Source: an uncultured Desulfobacterales bacterium
GTDB taxonomy: Bacteria; Desulfobacterota; DSM-4660; Desulfatiglandales; HGW-15
DNA: 64,000 nt
Reading direction: 5' to 3'
Assembly (NCBI GenBank): GCA_964647905.1
Contig: CAZYJR010000020.1
Coordinates: 577 to 64,576 of the forward strand
Under the pieces are notes generated by a model. It saw only the letters and a program-made list of their open reading frames with translations. It was not told the origin of the DNA and searched no databases. A program made the position numbers and the translations under genes. Below, piece by piece: positions 9,345-19,079 of this stretch. The number at the start of each line of letters is the position of its first letter. Position 1 is the stretch's first letter.

Positions 9345-10688
9345 TCAGTATGGCGACCAGCTTGGGGAGGTCTGTTCCCCGTCCTGAAAGGTTATTCGTT
9401 TCTGGACCCGCCCGCCCGCTGTCATGATGTACAGGTGATAGCCTCCTTCGCGGTTGGAGGAGAAGGCGATGTAGCGTCCGTCCCGGGACCAACTGGGGTC
9501 TTCATTGTTGCCCCGGCCCTGGGTGAGATTCTGCAGGCCGCTCCCATCGGGATTGATGGTGAATACGTCGAAGCTCCCGTTGTTCATGCCCGAGTAAGCG
9601 ATCTGGTCCATGCTGGACCACGAAGGGGAGGTGTTGTACTTGCCCTCGTAAGTCAATCGTCGTTCTTCTCCGGTCTCAAGGTCGTGAACGTAGATTTGGG
9701 GGGAACCGGACCGGTTGGAGACAAACGCGAGCTTGCTCCCGTCCGGGGAATAGGTAGGTGATACGTCTATGCCCCAGTGGTCGGTCAGCCGCTTCAGGAT
9801 GTTTCCGTTCAGATCAATGGTGTAGATGTCCGGATTGTCGCCCCGGCTGAGGGTCAGGGCCAGCCTTTGACCGTCAGCGGCCCAGCAAGCGCCGATATTC
9901 AGGCCCTGCCTCGAAGAGATCCGCCGGTCCTTTCCGGTTTCCATGTCCTTTAGGTAGAGCATGGGACCGCCGTCTCTGTAAGAGTTGTATATCAGTTTTT
10001 TCCCGTCCGGCGACCACCTGGGCAGCAGCGCTATGCTCCTGTCAAAGGTTATCCGCCTCCTGTTGTGCCCGTCCACATCACAGATGAAAATTTCCTTGTC
10101 GCCTTCGTGCCTGTTCACGTAAGCTATTCTGGAGAGAAACATTCCCTTCTGCCCGGTGAGCAGATGCAGGAGCTCGTTGCTGAGGCGGTGCACCAGCCTG
10201 CGGTGGTCGCTCACAGCGCCCAGCAGCCGCTTGGAGTAGACCCGCCTGGCCCGAAAGACGTCGTAGAGTCGGACCTCCAGCTCCAACGAATCCCCTATAC
10301 AGGTATAGGTGCAGTCGAGCAGGAGCTCCGCCCCTATCACCGACCAGTCCCTGAACCGCACCGAGCCCCGGTCCAGGGCTTCCACCGCCCCCTGGAGAAA
10401 CGCCTCTTTTTCAATGGCCAGGAAGTAGCCGCTGAGCTCCAGGTCCCCGGAGGCCACTTGGGCCAGGGTCGAGCCGAGCTCCGGGTGCGCCCCGCCCGCC
10501 GAATTGTTCCGGAACTCCGGCACCGCGATCCTGAGCCGCTCGATCTGCGGGGCGTTTATGTCGATGAAGATCCTAGCCGGACATTCCCTGGGCTGCAGGA
10601 CCGTTATGAGGCCGAGCAGGAAAGCGAGGAGAACAAGGCTAGGACCTTCCCAGTTCTTCAAGGGAGAAACGGACTTCGATTTCGTCAT
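9345..10688 (-). CDS. tolB: Tol-Pal system beta-propeller protein TolB
   Basis: Repeated WD-like/TolB blades (WSPDGKKLIYNSYRDGGPMLY, YSPDGSKLAFVSNRSGSPQIYV, WSRDGRYIAFSSNREGGYHLY). The likely start is the ATG at 10688 (MTKSKS...LVLLAFLLGL signal). The track ORF extends to 10790. Confidence 0.9.
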   Translation of the reverse strand: MTKSKSVSPLKNWEGPSLVLLAFLLGLITVLQPRECPARIFIDINAPQIERLRIAVPEFRNNSAGGAHPELGSTLAQVASGDLELSGYFLAIEKEAFLQGAVEALDRGSVRFRDWSVIGAELLLDCTYTCIGDSLELEVRLYDVFRARRVYSKRLLGAVSDHRRLVHRLSNELLHLLTGQKGMFLSRIAYVNRHEGDKEIFICDVDGHNRRRITFDRSIALLPRWSPDGKKLIYNSYRDGGPMLYLKDMETGKDRRISSRQGLNIGACWAADGQRLALTLSRGDNPDIYTIDLNGNILKRLTDHWGIDVSPTYSPDGSKLAFVSNRSGSPQIYVHDLETGEERRLTYEGKYNTSPSWSSMDQIAYSGMNNGSFDVFTINPDGSGLQNLTQGRGNNEDPSWSRDGRYIAFSSNREGGYHLYIMTAGGRVQKRITFQDGEQTSPSWSPY

Positions 10689-11526
10689 GGCTCTTTCGAT
10701 ATGCTTCCGGAAACGGAGGTAAGGGGTTGGAGCGTTCAATGGCCCGCATGACCGATTCGTCGAATACTTCGTTGGATGAGCTCTTGACAAGCCGGCTCGA
10801 GGTTATGGTCCCGTCCCTTCTGACCAGCAAAAGGACCGTGGCCTCCGGATTGCCCTTGGTCTCCAGAGCAACCGGATACGACCAGTTGCCCGCGATCCAC
10901 TCGTGGACGCGCGACTGATAGATCTGTATCAGGGTCCCGGTCAGCCCCCCGCCCCCGGGGCGTGAACCGCCCGCCCGGGACTCCTTTCCGGCCTGGGACC
11001 GGAGTTCGGCCAGCGCACGTTCCAGATGGCTCTGCTCGGGCTTCTCACGCCGGGGTTCCTCCTTTTCCTTTTGCGGCCTGGATAGGACTTCCCTGTCTAT
11101 TCGGGAAATCGCCTTGTCAATGAGCTCGGAAGGAGAGGCCTCTGGTTCCTTCTTCACTGGTTTGGGCTTGGTATCCACGGTCCGCTTGGCCACCACAAGG
11201 GGCTTTTGCTCCCTCTTGATTTCCGCGATCCGCCTGGCGGGCTTGGGCTTTTGCACCGCAGCCTTCCGGGGCTTGCTCTCCGCCTCTTCGGCCTCGACAG
11301 GGACGGAGGCCTGGGCCGCCGGCTCCTTGTCGCCGCCGGATGGGAGCTCCACCAGCTCGACTTGGTAGACCTGGTCCCCCGGCGGCCTGCGAATTGACCC
11401 GGCGTCCGGGACGAAGAGTACCAAGGCGAACAGGACCGCATGGAAGAGAAGTGATACGCCCAACATCGGGCTCCACCTCACGCCTTCCGGATCCGTGGCG
11501 CCAGTGTTTGTCCATTTGCTAGTCAT
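10639..11526 (-). CDS. tolA: TolA-like protein (N-terminal TM anchor, Pro/Lys/Glu-rich linker, TonB-C-like domain)
   Basis: TM segment LGVSLLFHAVLFALVLFV, a charged low-complexity linker, and a C-terminal TonB_C-like fold (VLLLVRRDGTITSSRLVKSSSNEVFDESVMRAIERSNPLPPFP). It lies between tolR and tolB. Confidence 0.75.
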   Translation of the reverse strand: MTSKWTNTGATDPEGVRWSPMLGVSLLFHAVLFALVLFVPDAGSIRRPPGDQVYQVELVELPSGGDKEPAAQASVPVEAEEAESKPRKAAVQKPKPARRIAEIKREQKPLVVAKRTVDTKPKPVKKEPEASPSELIDKAISRIDREVLSRPQKEKEEPRREKPEQSHLERALAELRSQAGKESRAGGSRPGGGGLTGTLIQIYQSRVHEWIAGNWSYPVALETKGNPEATVLLLVRRDGTITSSRLVKSSSNEVFDESVMRAIERSNPLPPFPEAYRKSHDEIEVRFSLEELGRS

Positions 11527-11560
11527 ATCCCTTTCCTATACCGCACGAGCGCCCAAGAGA

Positions 11561-11968
11561 TCAGTCCTCGGGTTCGGTCACCATCCCCACCTTATCGATG
11601 CCGGCCCGCTTCAACTCGGCCATAACCCTGATTACGACACCGTACGGCACCTCGCGGTCCGCTCGGATGAGGATCCCCTTGTCTCGGCGGTACTTGGAGA
11701 TCGTCCTGATCTTTGATTCCAGATCTTCCAGCCCTATCTTGTCCTGCTCCAGGAAGATCTCCCGGTTCTTCCTTATGGTGAGGAACAGGGGCTCCTCCTT
11801 GGTCTTGATGTTCTTGGTCGTGGTCTGCGGGAGATCCACCTCCAGACCCTGAATCATCATCGGCGCTGTCACCATGAATATTATCAGGAGCACCAGCATC
11901 ACGTCCACAAAAGGCGTGACATTGATGTCCGACATGAGCCGCCTTCGGCCTGTTCCGTTGGTGATCAT
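11561..11968 (-). CDS. tolR: Biopolymer transport protein TolR/ExbD
   Basis: 135 aa with the ExbD/TolR signature INVTPFVDVMLVLLIIFMVTAP. Operon context. Confidence 0.85.
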   Translation of the reverse strand: MITNGTGRRRLMSDINVTPFVDVMLVLLIIFMVTAPMMIQGLEVDLPQTTTKNIKTKEEPLFLTIRKNREIFLEQDKIGLEDLESKIRTISKYRRDKGILIRADREVPYGVVIRVMAELKRAGIDKVGMVTEPED

Positions 11969-12020
11969 AGCTCGATCCTCCGAGCCGGGCCCGTGTGGTT
12001 CCGGGGCCGGGACCCGGTTT

Positions 12021-12782
12021 TCAGGCCTCCTTTGATGCGCTCTGCCGCTTCAACAACTGCCTTTCGATTACGCTGAGAAAGTCCGAGGAAAAGGTCTCCA
12101 TCTCGGATTCGAACATCGCCGCCTTGTGGCTGAAGTGATTGAAGGCGACCACGGCCGGGATCGCCGCGGCCAGGCCTGCGGCCGTGGCGATCAAGGCCTC
12201 GGAGATTCCCGGGGCTACAACTGCCAGGCTGGCCGAGCCCCGCAGCCCTATGCCGCTAAAAGACTCCATTATCCCCCACACTGTCCCGAAAAGACCTATG
12301 AAGGGGGCGGTGTTCCCGGTGGTGGCCAAAAACGATGATGCCTTTCCCAGCCGGTTGCTCTGCTCGGTGGCCGACCTCCTGAGAGCCCTTTCCACCTGGC
12401 TGAGGACCGTCTCCACGCCCGCGGTGTTCACAGATCCGGGGTTGTTCAACTTGCGGGTTCTCCGGAACTCGGCATACCCGGAGCGAAAAAGCTGGGCCAG
12501 AGGGCTGCAGCCAAGCTCGGCGGATTCGTTGAGCAGGGTCGCGAACTCTGTCCCTTCCCAGAACCTCTCCAGGAAGTACGCGGACTCCGCCTTTGCCTTG
12601 CGGTAAAGACGCCACTTCATGAATATGATCGCCCAGGTGGCTATGGAAAAGACCAGGAGGATCAGCATGACGAACTTCACCACGGGACCCGCACCGGCCA
12701 CCATGTGAATGATGTCTCCTCCGAAGCCCGTACCCACGGCGCCCGGGGAGAACAAGATGGGTTGGAGCTCAATGAGTGTCAT
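12021..12782 (-). CDS. tolQ: MotA/TolQ/ExbB proton-channel protein TolQ
   Basis: TolQ/ExbB motif TGNTAPFIGLFGTVWGIM and three TM segments. The likely start is the ATG at 12782 (MTLIELQP...); the track ORF extends to 12878. Confidence 0.85.
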   Translation of the reverse strand: MTLIELQPILFSPGAVGTGFGGDIIHMVAGAGPVVKFVMLILLVFSIATWAIIFMKWRLYRKAKAESAYFLERFWEGTEFATLLNESAELGCSPLAQLFRSGYAEFRRTRKLNNPGSVNTAGVETVLSQVERALRRSATEQSNRLGKASSFLATTGNTAPFIGLFGTVWGIMESFSGIGLRGSASLAVVAPGISEALIATAAGLAAAIPAVVAFNHFSHKAAMFESEMETFSSDFLSVIERQLLKRQSASKEA

Positions 12783-12970
12783 GTTTCTCCTGAGATGTCG
12801 CCTCGGCCGTGCTCGATCCGCAGGCCTCGGCTTGGTATTTTCCCGCCCGCCACTGGAACGCGGTGGAATCTGACTCAAACATTTCTATAATCCCGGTTGC
12901 CGGCATGCAAGTACAATTTGGGTGTCGGGTGTCGGGGCGGGCAAGAGAGCTGTTCACCGTTCACGTGGTC

Positions 12971-13531
12971 TCATGAGCCGGCCCGGGTTTTCCCTTGGAG
13001 GCCGAAGCGCCTGACCAGGAATTCCGCCAGACCGCGGGTGTCGCCCGGGGAGAAGACAGGGCCTGACCAGTCCACCGGGTCGTCTGTGATCATGGCGATA
13101 AGGCGCCGGTCTCCCGGGCAGAAAGGGCGTTCGGAGACAGCCGCCCTGAAGACCTCCATCTTTGGTATGGGGGCGTTCTTGTATCCCTCGGCCAGGACCA
13201 GGGCCACTCCCGGGAGCATCAGGGCCAGCTCCCTAGGGTCGTGGTCGTAATCCACGTCGCGGATCAACCCGATCGCCGCCGGGGAGGATATGATCGTGCC
13301 GGCGGCTCCGGCCCGGCGATGGACCCAGGAGTCCTTCCCGGGCGTGTCCATGTCAAAGCTGTGTTCGTGATGCTTGACCGTGCCCACTACCAAGCCCATG
13401 GCCTTCAGCGCCGGTATCAGTCTTGCGATCAAAGTGGTCTTGCCCGCTCCCGAAAACCCGGCCACCGATACCACGGGCGGGCTCATCCCCTGCTCTGGTT
13501 CACTCGAATATCTCACGGAATATCTCGTCAT
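12971..13531 (-). CDS. mobB: Molybdopterin-guanine dinucleotide biosynthesis adaptor MobB
   Basis: P-loop VVSVAGFSGAGKTTLIARL followed by GTVKHHEH, the classic MobB pattern. Confidence 0.85.
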   Translation of the reverse strand: MTRYSVRYSSEPEQGMSPPVVSVAGFSGAGKTTLIARLIPALKAMGLVVGTVKHHEHSFDMDTPGKDSWVHRRAGAAGTIISSPAAIGLIRDVDYDHDPRELALMLPGVALVLAEGYKNAPIPKMEVFRAAVSERPFCPGDRRLIAMITDDPVDWSGPVFSPGDTRGLAEFLVRRFGLQGKTRAGS

Positions 13532-13829
13532 CTGCTTTTAGGCATCTATCCTTCAAAAGTGTGTATTTCCTGAGGAGTTCCTTGCCTGCCTCGGTCACCT
13601 GAGAGCCGCGCCTGCCGTCCGGATGTACCAGGCGGGTTTCCAGATGGCTCTCCGTGGCCTTTATCTTGCTCCAGACCGCCTTGTAAGACATCCTGAGAAG
13701 CTTCGCCGTCTTATTAATGGATCCGGTCTTGTCGATGGTCTCCAGGATTTTCATCCTGCCCTCACCCATTACCATTTGACCCTTTTTATTGACTATCCAT
13801 TGCCTGGAACGGAGTCTTAATTCAGTCAT
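13500..13829 (-). CDS. ModE-N-terminal-like winged-helix (LysR-type HTH) regulator
   Basis: 109 aa. The HTH ILETIDKTGSINKTAKLLRMSYKAVWSKIKATE matches the ModE N-domain / molybdenum-pterin-binding regulator family. It lies in the Mo-cofactor cluster. Confidence 0.7.
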   Translation of the reverse strand: MTELRLRSRQWIVNKKGQMVMGEGRMKILETIDKTGSINKTAKLLRMSYKAVWSKIKATESHLETRLVHPDGRRGSQVTEAGKELLRKYTLLKDRCLKADDEIFREIFE

Positions 13830-13863
13830 GTCCGGCCTCCCCGGGTGGCCCCGTGCGCCTGGT

Positions 13864-15798
13864 CTAAGATATTTCCGCGCATACCTCTCCGCTCCTGGAG
13901 GGGTCGTAACCTCCCAGTTCCTTTACCCGCTTGCGGAAACCCTCGGAGCGGATGGTCTCCAGCATGACCCCCAAGTTGGGCTCGTCCAGCCCGGAGGAAG
14001 GCACCACGAGCTGGTATTGCTCCCGGACCACCGGGATGAAGTCTAGATCCAAGGCCCTGGCTGCAGCCAATATGCCCATGCCGCAGTCGGCCGCTCCGGA
14101 GAGGACATCCACGGCCACCGCCATGTGCGTGAATTCCTCATGATCGTAGCCCCGGATCCGCTCGGGCCTCATCCCGCAAAGTGCCAGGCGATGATCCAGG
14201 AGCACCCGGGTGCCGGAACCGGCCTGCCTGTTCACGAAGGTTACCTCGTTTTCCGCCAGGTCCTCCAGGCCGCGAATACCCTTGGGGTTGCCCTTGGGGA
14301 CCATGAGGCCCTGTTCCCTCTCCACCAGGTGGAAGAGGGTGACCGGCTGGCTCTTGAGGTAGCGCTTGACATAGGGGATGTTGTACTCCCCTGTCTCCGG
14401 ATCCAGGAGGTGGGTCCCGGCCGCGTGGCAGTTCCCTTTCCTGACCGCCATGAGCCCCCCCAGACTCCCCACGTTTCCGGACGAGACCCTCAGATCGTGC
14501 CCCCTCTCTCGGATCTCGTCGGCCAGCAGGTCTAGGGTTATATCATGGCTTCCAATTATGATGATCGTCTTGTCCAGGTCTTCCTCGCTCACCAAGAGCT
14601 CTGCTTCCCCCTCCTCATCCTGGCCCACGCCTTCCGAGAGGGCGGGTATCCGAAGGATTCCTTCGGCCCTGGTCATGGTGGTTATGGATCCGGCGGCCCG
14701 CGGGAGTGGAGTGGCGACGCACCGGCCGCTTATCCTGCCTATGTTGACCCTGACGAACTCCTCTATTCCCGGCTTTGACGGGATGTCCCGTGAAGGGCGC
14801 ACCCTGACCGTGTCGGGCCGGGGAGCGGGAAGCCCCTGGAGGGCGAAGAGGAGGGGGCGGACGAACTGCTCGAAGGAGAGCGCGGCTGATACCGTGTAGC
14901 CGGGATTCCCCACCACCGGGGTCCCCCTTATATCGCCCAGTATGGTGGGCTTGCCGGGCATCATGGCCACCCCGTGAACCATTATCTCGCCCAAATCGCT
15001 TATCACCTTGGCGGTGTAATCCTTGCTGCCAGCAGAGGAACCGGCGTTCACCACTACCACGTCCGCCCCGGAAGCCAGCGCCCTCTCCACGGCCTCTCGT
15101 ATGGCCGGCTCATCGTCCGGGATGATCTCATGGACCGCGGCCGTTCCTCCGCATTCCTCCACCATGGCCGAGAGGGTGACGGAGTTGTACTCCAGTATCT
15201 TTCCCGGCGCGAGCCGGGGGGCGTCCTGCAGACCCCTGTGGGAGACAAGCTCCGAGCCAGTGGGGAGGATGGCAACCAAAGGTCTTTTCCACACCCGCAG
15301 GTCAAAGACGCCGGCGGATATGAGGGCCCCCATGTCCGAGGGGCGGATGCGGTGATTCCGGGGGAGCAGGAGTTGGGTGGCTACTATGTCCTCGCCCACT
15401 TTGCGCACGTTCTGCCAAGGGTGCGCGGGCGCGCGGATCTCCAGGTGCTCGCCGTCCACCTGGTGGAGCTTTTCCACCATGATCACGGCGTCGAAGCCCT
15501 CCGGCAGGATCTGCCCGGTGTTTATCCAGACCGCGTCTTTGCCTGTCTCCAGGATGCGGGGCCTTCTCTCCGTTGTCCCGTAGGTCTCTTGCGCCCTGAC
15601 AGCCACCCCGTCCATGGCGGCGGAATGGTAGTTCGGAGATGAGAGCCCGGCAAAGACGGTCTCAGCCGTGACCCGGCCGAGGGCCTTTTCCACGGGCACG
15701 GATTCCCCGGTGTTGAGGCTCGTGGTACCGAAACGCCCCAGAAAGAGTTCCCTGGCCTCCCGGAGCGGCTTCATGGCCAGATATACGTTTCTTTTCAA
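13864..15798 (-). CDS. moeA: Molybdopterin molybdenum/tungsten-transferase MoeA fused to a C-terminal periplasmic-binding-protein-like (PBP-like) domain
   Basis: 644 aa. MoeA motifs SPNYHSAAMDGVAVRA, ILPTGSELV, NAGSSAGSKDYT, VAMMPGKPT. About 230 extra C-terminal residues follow (IIIIGSHDITLDLLADE ... VNRQAGSGTRVLLD), typical of an anion-binding PBP-like domain. Confidence 0.85.
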   Translation of the reverse strand: MKRNVYLAMKPLREARELFLGRFGTTSLNTGESVPVEKALGRVTAETVFAGLSSPNYHSAAMDGVAVRAQETYGTTERRPRILETGKDAVWINTGQILPEGFDAVIMVEKLHQVDGEHLEIRAPAHPWQNVRKVGEDIVATQLLLPRNHRIRPSDMGALISAGVFDLRVWKRPLVAILPTGSELVSHRGLQDAPRLAPGKILEYNSVTLSAMVEECGGTAAVHEIIPDDEPAIREAVERALASGADVVVVNAGSSAGSKDYTAKVISDLGEIMVHGVAMMPGKPTILGDIRGTPVVGNPGYTVSAALSFEQFVRPLLFALQGLPAPRPDTVRVRPSRDIPSKPGIEEFVRVNIGRISGRCVATPLPRAAGSITTMTRAEGILRIPALSEGVGQDEEGEAELLVSEEDLDKTIIIIGSHDITLDLLADEIRERGHDLRVSSGNVGSLGGLMAVRKGNCHAAGTHLLDPETGEYNIPYVKRYLKSQPVTLFHLVEREQGLMVPKGNPKGIRGLEDLAENEVTFVNRQAGSGTRVLLDHRLALCGMRPERIRGYDHEEFTHMAVAVDVLSGAADCGMGILAAARALDLDFIPVVREQYQLVVPSSGLDEPNLGVMLETIRSEGFRKRVKELGGYDPSRSGEVCAEIS

Positions 15799-17099
15799 TC
15801 GCGATCTCCTGCTGCCGCCTTCCTCACCCCGCCGCGGAGGGCGCCCATTACATGGAAAGGCATCACCTCCACCACGGAGCCCTGGTAGAGCCCCTCGGTG
15901 AATCGGTCCACGCGCACCAGGCCGTCCGCCTCCACCAGTGGGGATATGAGGCCGGACTTACCGAACAGGGGCTCCGCAACCAGCCGCCTCTCAACGCTTA
16001 TCAATCTCACCCTGATGAAGTCGTCCCTGCCCTGGGCGGACTCGATGTTGCGGGCCAGTTCGGCCTCAACCCCTGGTATGCGGGGGGACGGCCAGTGCGC
16101 TTCACCGGCCAGCCGTCTTATGAAGGGGGAGAGAAGCACCTCGGCGACCACCAAGGCCGAGGCTGCGTGACCGGGCAGACCCCAGACCGTCTTGGCTCCC
16201 ATGCGGGCGAAGATCGTCGGCTTCCCCGGGCTTATGGAGACGCCGTGGGCCAGGATCTCCATGCCGGGAAAAGACTCCATCACCTGGACGGTCATGTCCC
16301 TGGTCCCCACCGAGCTCCCGCCCGAGATCCACAGAGAATCGGCCTTTTGGAGTCCCAGTTCCGCCTTCTCCCTCAAACTCTCGAACCGGTCCGGGGCCAG
16401 ACCCAGCACCACGGGCACCGCGCCCAGGGATCGACAGAATGCGGCCAGGGTATGGCTGTTCACGTCCCTTACCTCTCCCGGCCCCGGGGCTCGTTCCACC
16501 GGGACCACCTCGTCCCCGGTGGAGAGGACGGCCACCCTGGGCCGCCTGACCGCTGCGACTTCGGTCAAGCCGAGGCCGGCCAGGACTCCCACGTCCTGGG
16601 GCCTCAGCAGAGAGCCCCGGGTGAGCACCGTTTCGCCCCTCCTCACGTCGTCGTCGGGCTGGATAACGTTTTCCAGCGGGGAGACCGCACGGGCCACCTC
16701 AATGGTGCGCTGGTCAAGGCAGTGGCAATACTCTATCATGACCACGGCATCGGCGCCCGGAGGCAGCATTCCGCCGGTGGCGATCCTGACGGCCTGCCCC
16801 GCACCCACCTCCACTTCAGGGACGCGGCCCATGGAGACCTCTCCCGTGATCTCCAACAATGCAGGCAGGCTCTCTGTGGCCCCGAAGGTATCCTTGGCCC
16901 TGACCGCGAAACCGTCCATGGCTGAACGGCGGAAACCGGGCAGATCCTCCCCGGCCCCCACGTCGCGGGCCAGGGTGCGGCCGTAGGCCGTATCCAAGGG
17001 AACGGCCTCTTGGTCCAGGACCTGGAGATCTTCCATGATCGCGATTAGTTCCTCTATGGTCTTGAGGCGGAAGAACAAGCCCCCTCCTTGGAAATCCAC
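15795..17099 (-). CDS. moeA: Molybdopterin molybdenumtransferase MoeA (second paralogue)
   Basis: 434 aa with FRRSAMDGFAVRA, VLSTGDEVV, ISGGSSVGTRDMT, VSISPGKPT. A 4-nt stop/start overlap with the downstream moeA-PBP gene. Confidence 0.9.
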   Translation of the reverse strand: MDFQGGGLFFRLKTIEELIAIMEDLQVLDQEAVPLDTAYGRTLARDVGAGEDLPGFRRSAMDGFAVRAKDTFGATESLPALLEITGEVSMGRVPEVEVGAGQAVRIATGGMLPPGADAVVMIEYCHCLDQRTIEVARAVSPLENVIQPDDDVRRGETVLTRGSLLRPQDVGVLAGLGLTEVAAVRRPRVAVLSTGDEVVPVERAPGPGEVRDVNSHTLAAFCRSLGAVPVVLGLAPDRFESLREKAELGLQKADSLWISGGSSVGTRDMTVQVMESFPGMEILAHGVSISPGKPTIFARMGAKTVWGLPGHAASALVVAEVLLSPFIRRLAGEAHWPSPRIPGVEAELARNIESAQGRDDFIRVRLISVERRLVAEPLFGKSGLISPLVEADGLVRVDRFTEGLYQGSVVEVMPFHVMGALRGGVRKAAAGDRD

Positions 17100-17263
17100 T
17101 ACGCTCCTCTTGCGTTATGTCAAGCATGATACAATAATCGGGCCGGAAATCAATCCTCTTCTGGGGCACCGCTGTGAATCGCTCCGGAGGATTTGGTGTG
17201 TAAAAGGAAGCCCGGAGTGTGATAAGGAAACGCTCATCTCGGTACGAAGGAGGAAGGCGGCTG

Positions 17264-18022
17264 ATGAAGCCCAGAGGTCCTTATATCAAACATATCTACT
17301 GGCTCTCAGGGGAGCGGGAGCAGGCCCTGCGCCGGGACTTGGGCCTTCGCGGGATCAAGGTCCGTTCGGCAAAGGGAGTGGTTTGCACTCCGCTTGACGC
17401 CATAACCAAGATCGCCAGCGTGGCCCCGGAGGTATGGAGCGAGACCTGCTCCCGCCAGGGCAGTTGGTACCGGGCGTCGGATAAGAACGGCCTCTATCTG
17501 GTGGTGAGCTCCTTTGATCTCGAGGGGTATGAGGAGTGGAAGGCCGGCACCATAACCAGGTCTGATTTCACTCCGCCCAGGTATGCCTCCCCCGAGGAGG
17601 TGGAGGCCATGGCCTCGGATCCCGAACTGGCCTCCGCTGTGCCGGACGATTGGTCCAGGGCGGGAGAGACCGAGCGCCGCATCCAGTTGAGATGGGCGAG
17701 GAGATTGGACCCAGGGGCACCGGACTTTGATGTCCTTCACCGGATTCACACCGCCAATCATATCAATTTCATCAAACCCCGCCTGTTAGTGAAGGGGGAA
17801 GACGGGACCGTGATACCATACTCCATAGCGGGGAGCGCCCATCTTTGCTCCTGCTGCCTGGAACTCTTTCAGGTCTTGGGGGCCTTTTACCCCAGGAAGC
17901 TGGTGGCGCCGTGCCCGGGTGCGGTGACATTCGCCAGGCTCACCCCTGACGCCTATCTCCTGGCCGAGTCGGCGAGCGGAGAAGTATCCGGCGAATTGAA
18001 TCGGGAAAGGCCTCCGGCATGA
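17264..18022 (+). CDS. Hypothetical protein (no family recognised; C-terminal Cys cluster)
   Basis: The ORF has native-looking codon usage and its stop overlaps the start of the next gene (ATGA at 18019-18022). Notable segment SAHLCSCCLELF ... APCPG. The start is uncertain (17219 or the Met at 17264). Confidence 0.5.
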   Translation: MKPRGPYIKHIYWLSGEREQALRRDLGLRGIKVRSAKGVVCTPLDAITKIASVAPEVWSETCSRQGSWYRASDKNGLYLVVSSFDLEGYEEWKAGTITRSDFTPPRYASPEEVEAMASDPELASAVPDDWSRAGETERRIQLRWARRLDPGAPDFDVLHRIHTANHINFIKPRLLVKGEDGTVIPYSIAGSAHLCSCCLELFQVLGAFYPRKLVAPCPGAVTFARLTPDAYLLAESASGEVSGELNRERPPA

Positions 18023-18942
18023 TTCGGCTCAATGACCTGATTCTCCTCCTGGTGCTCTTTTCCTCCATGCTCTGTGGGATACTGGCACCGGAGTTCGGGG
18101 CCTTGTTCCAGCCCTATCCCCTGTACCTGATGATGCTCCTGCTGTTCACCAGCCTCTTGCCCATCAGGATGGACGCCGTATGGGTGGCCGTACGCGGCGG
18201 CTGGGGCGGGATAGCCCTATTGGCCGCCTGCAAGGTTGTAATACTCCCGGTGGCGGTCTTTTGTGCGGCGCGTTTCCTTTTCCCGGACTATGCAGTGGCC
18301 GCCCTCCTGCTCACCGGGATCTCCACCGGTGTGGTGGCCCCTTTCATCTCAAACCTGGTGGGCGGGAACAGCGCCCTGGTCCTGGTGATGGTGGTGGTCA
18401 CCTCCCCCCTGGTCCCCTTCACCCTGCCGCTCCTCGTAAAGATCCTCTCAGAGCAGGCCATGACCATTCCTCTGTGGGCGATGATAAGGATGCTCGCCTT
18501 GGTCGTATTCGTGCCCGTGGCGGCGGTGGAGGCGTTTAGGCGCATCGCGCCCGGCCTGCTGGCGGCCGTTGACAGGAGGCGCTTTCCCATCTCCCTGGCG
18601 GTTTTCGCCATGATAAACCTGGCGGTCTTTTCCAAGTACTCCGCCTTCTTCCACCAAAGACCCGGCACCATATTGGTGGCTGCGGGCGTTGTCGTAGTGC
18701 TGGGGGTGATCTATATCCTCAGCGGGCTCGCACTGTTCAGGAACAGGCCGGTCAAGGATCGCCTGGCGGCGGCCGTCAGCATGGGCAACATGAACAATAT
18801 CCTGGTAGTCGTGTTCGCCTCCAAATTCTTCTCTCCCCTGGAGCCGACCTTGGCGGCCATGTATATGATCCCTTTCTTCGGTCTTATACTGCCCCTGAGG
18901 GTCTTCAAGCGGTGGAAGGAGGCGGGAGAAGCCCCCGGCTGA
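18019..18942 (+). CDS. Bile acid:sodium symporter (BASS/SBF-like) family membrane transporter
   Basis: 307 aa with about 9-10 hydrophobic helices. The overall pattern (..LLLTGISTGVVAPFISNLVGGNSALVL..) resembles SBF-like/ACR3-like transporters. The family call comes from general resemblance only. Confidence 0.6.
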   Translation: MIRLNDLILLLVLFSSMLCGILAPEFGALFQPYPLYLMMLLLFTSLLPIRMDAVWVAVRGGWGGIALLAACKVVILPVAVFCAARFLFPDYAVAALLLTGISTGVVAPFISNLVGGNSALVLVMVVVTSPLVPFTLPLLVKILSEQAMTIPLWAMIRMLALVVFVPVAAVEAFRRIAPGLLAAVDRRRFPISLAVFAMINLAVFSKYSAFFHQRPGTILVAAGVVVVLGVIYILSGLALFRNRPVKDRLAAAVSMGNMNNILVVVFASKFFSPLEPTLAAMYMIPFFGLILPLRVFKRWKEAGEAPG

Positions 18943-19079
18943 GGCCCTTTTCCCTTTACACGTGCCCGGGCTGCAATCTATAAGATTGCCCGAACCTGAA
19001 ATGAACGGCCATTCACTTTCCGGACCCCGGAGAGGATAAGCGGTGCCGGCGGCCGAGAACAGGGAAGAGAGGTGAAGAC

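Noticed and set aside
9345-10790. A long N-terminal extension of tolB (and similarly of tolQ to 12878, and of livG to 50018)
   Set aside because: The extensions precede the obvious signal peptide or P-loop N-termini and overlap upstream genes. Internal Met codons give canonical protein starts.
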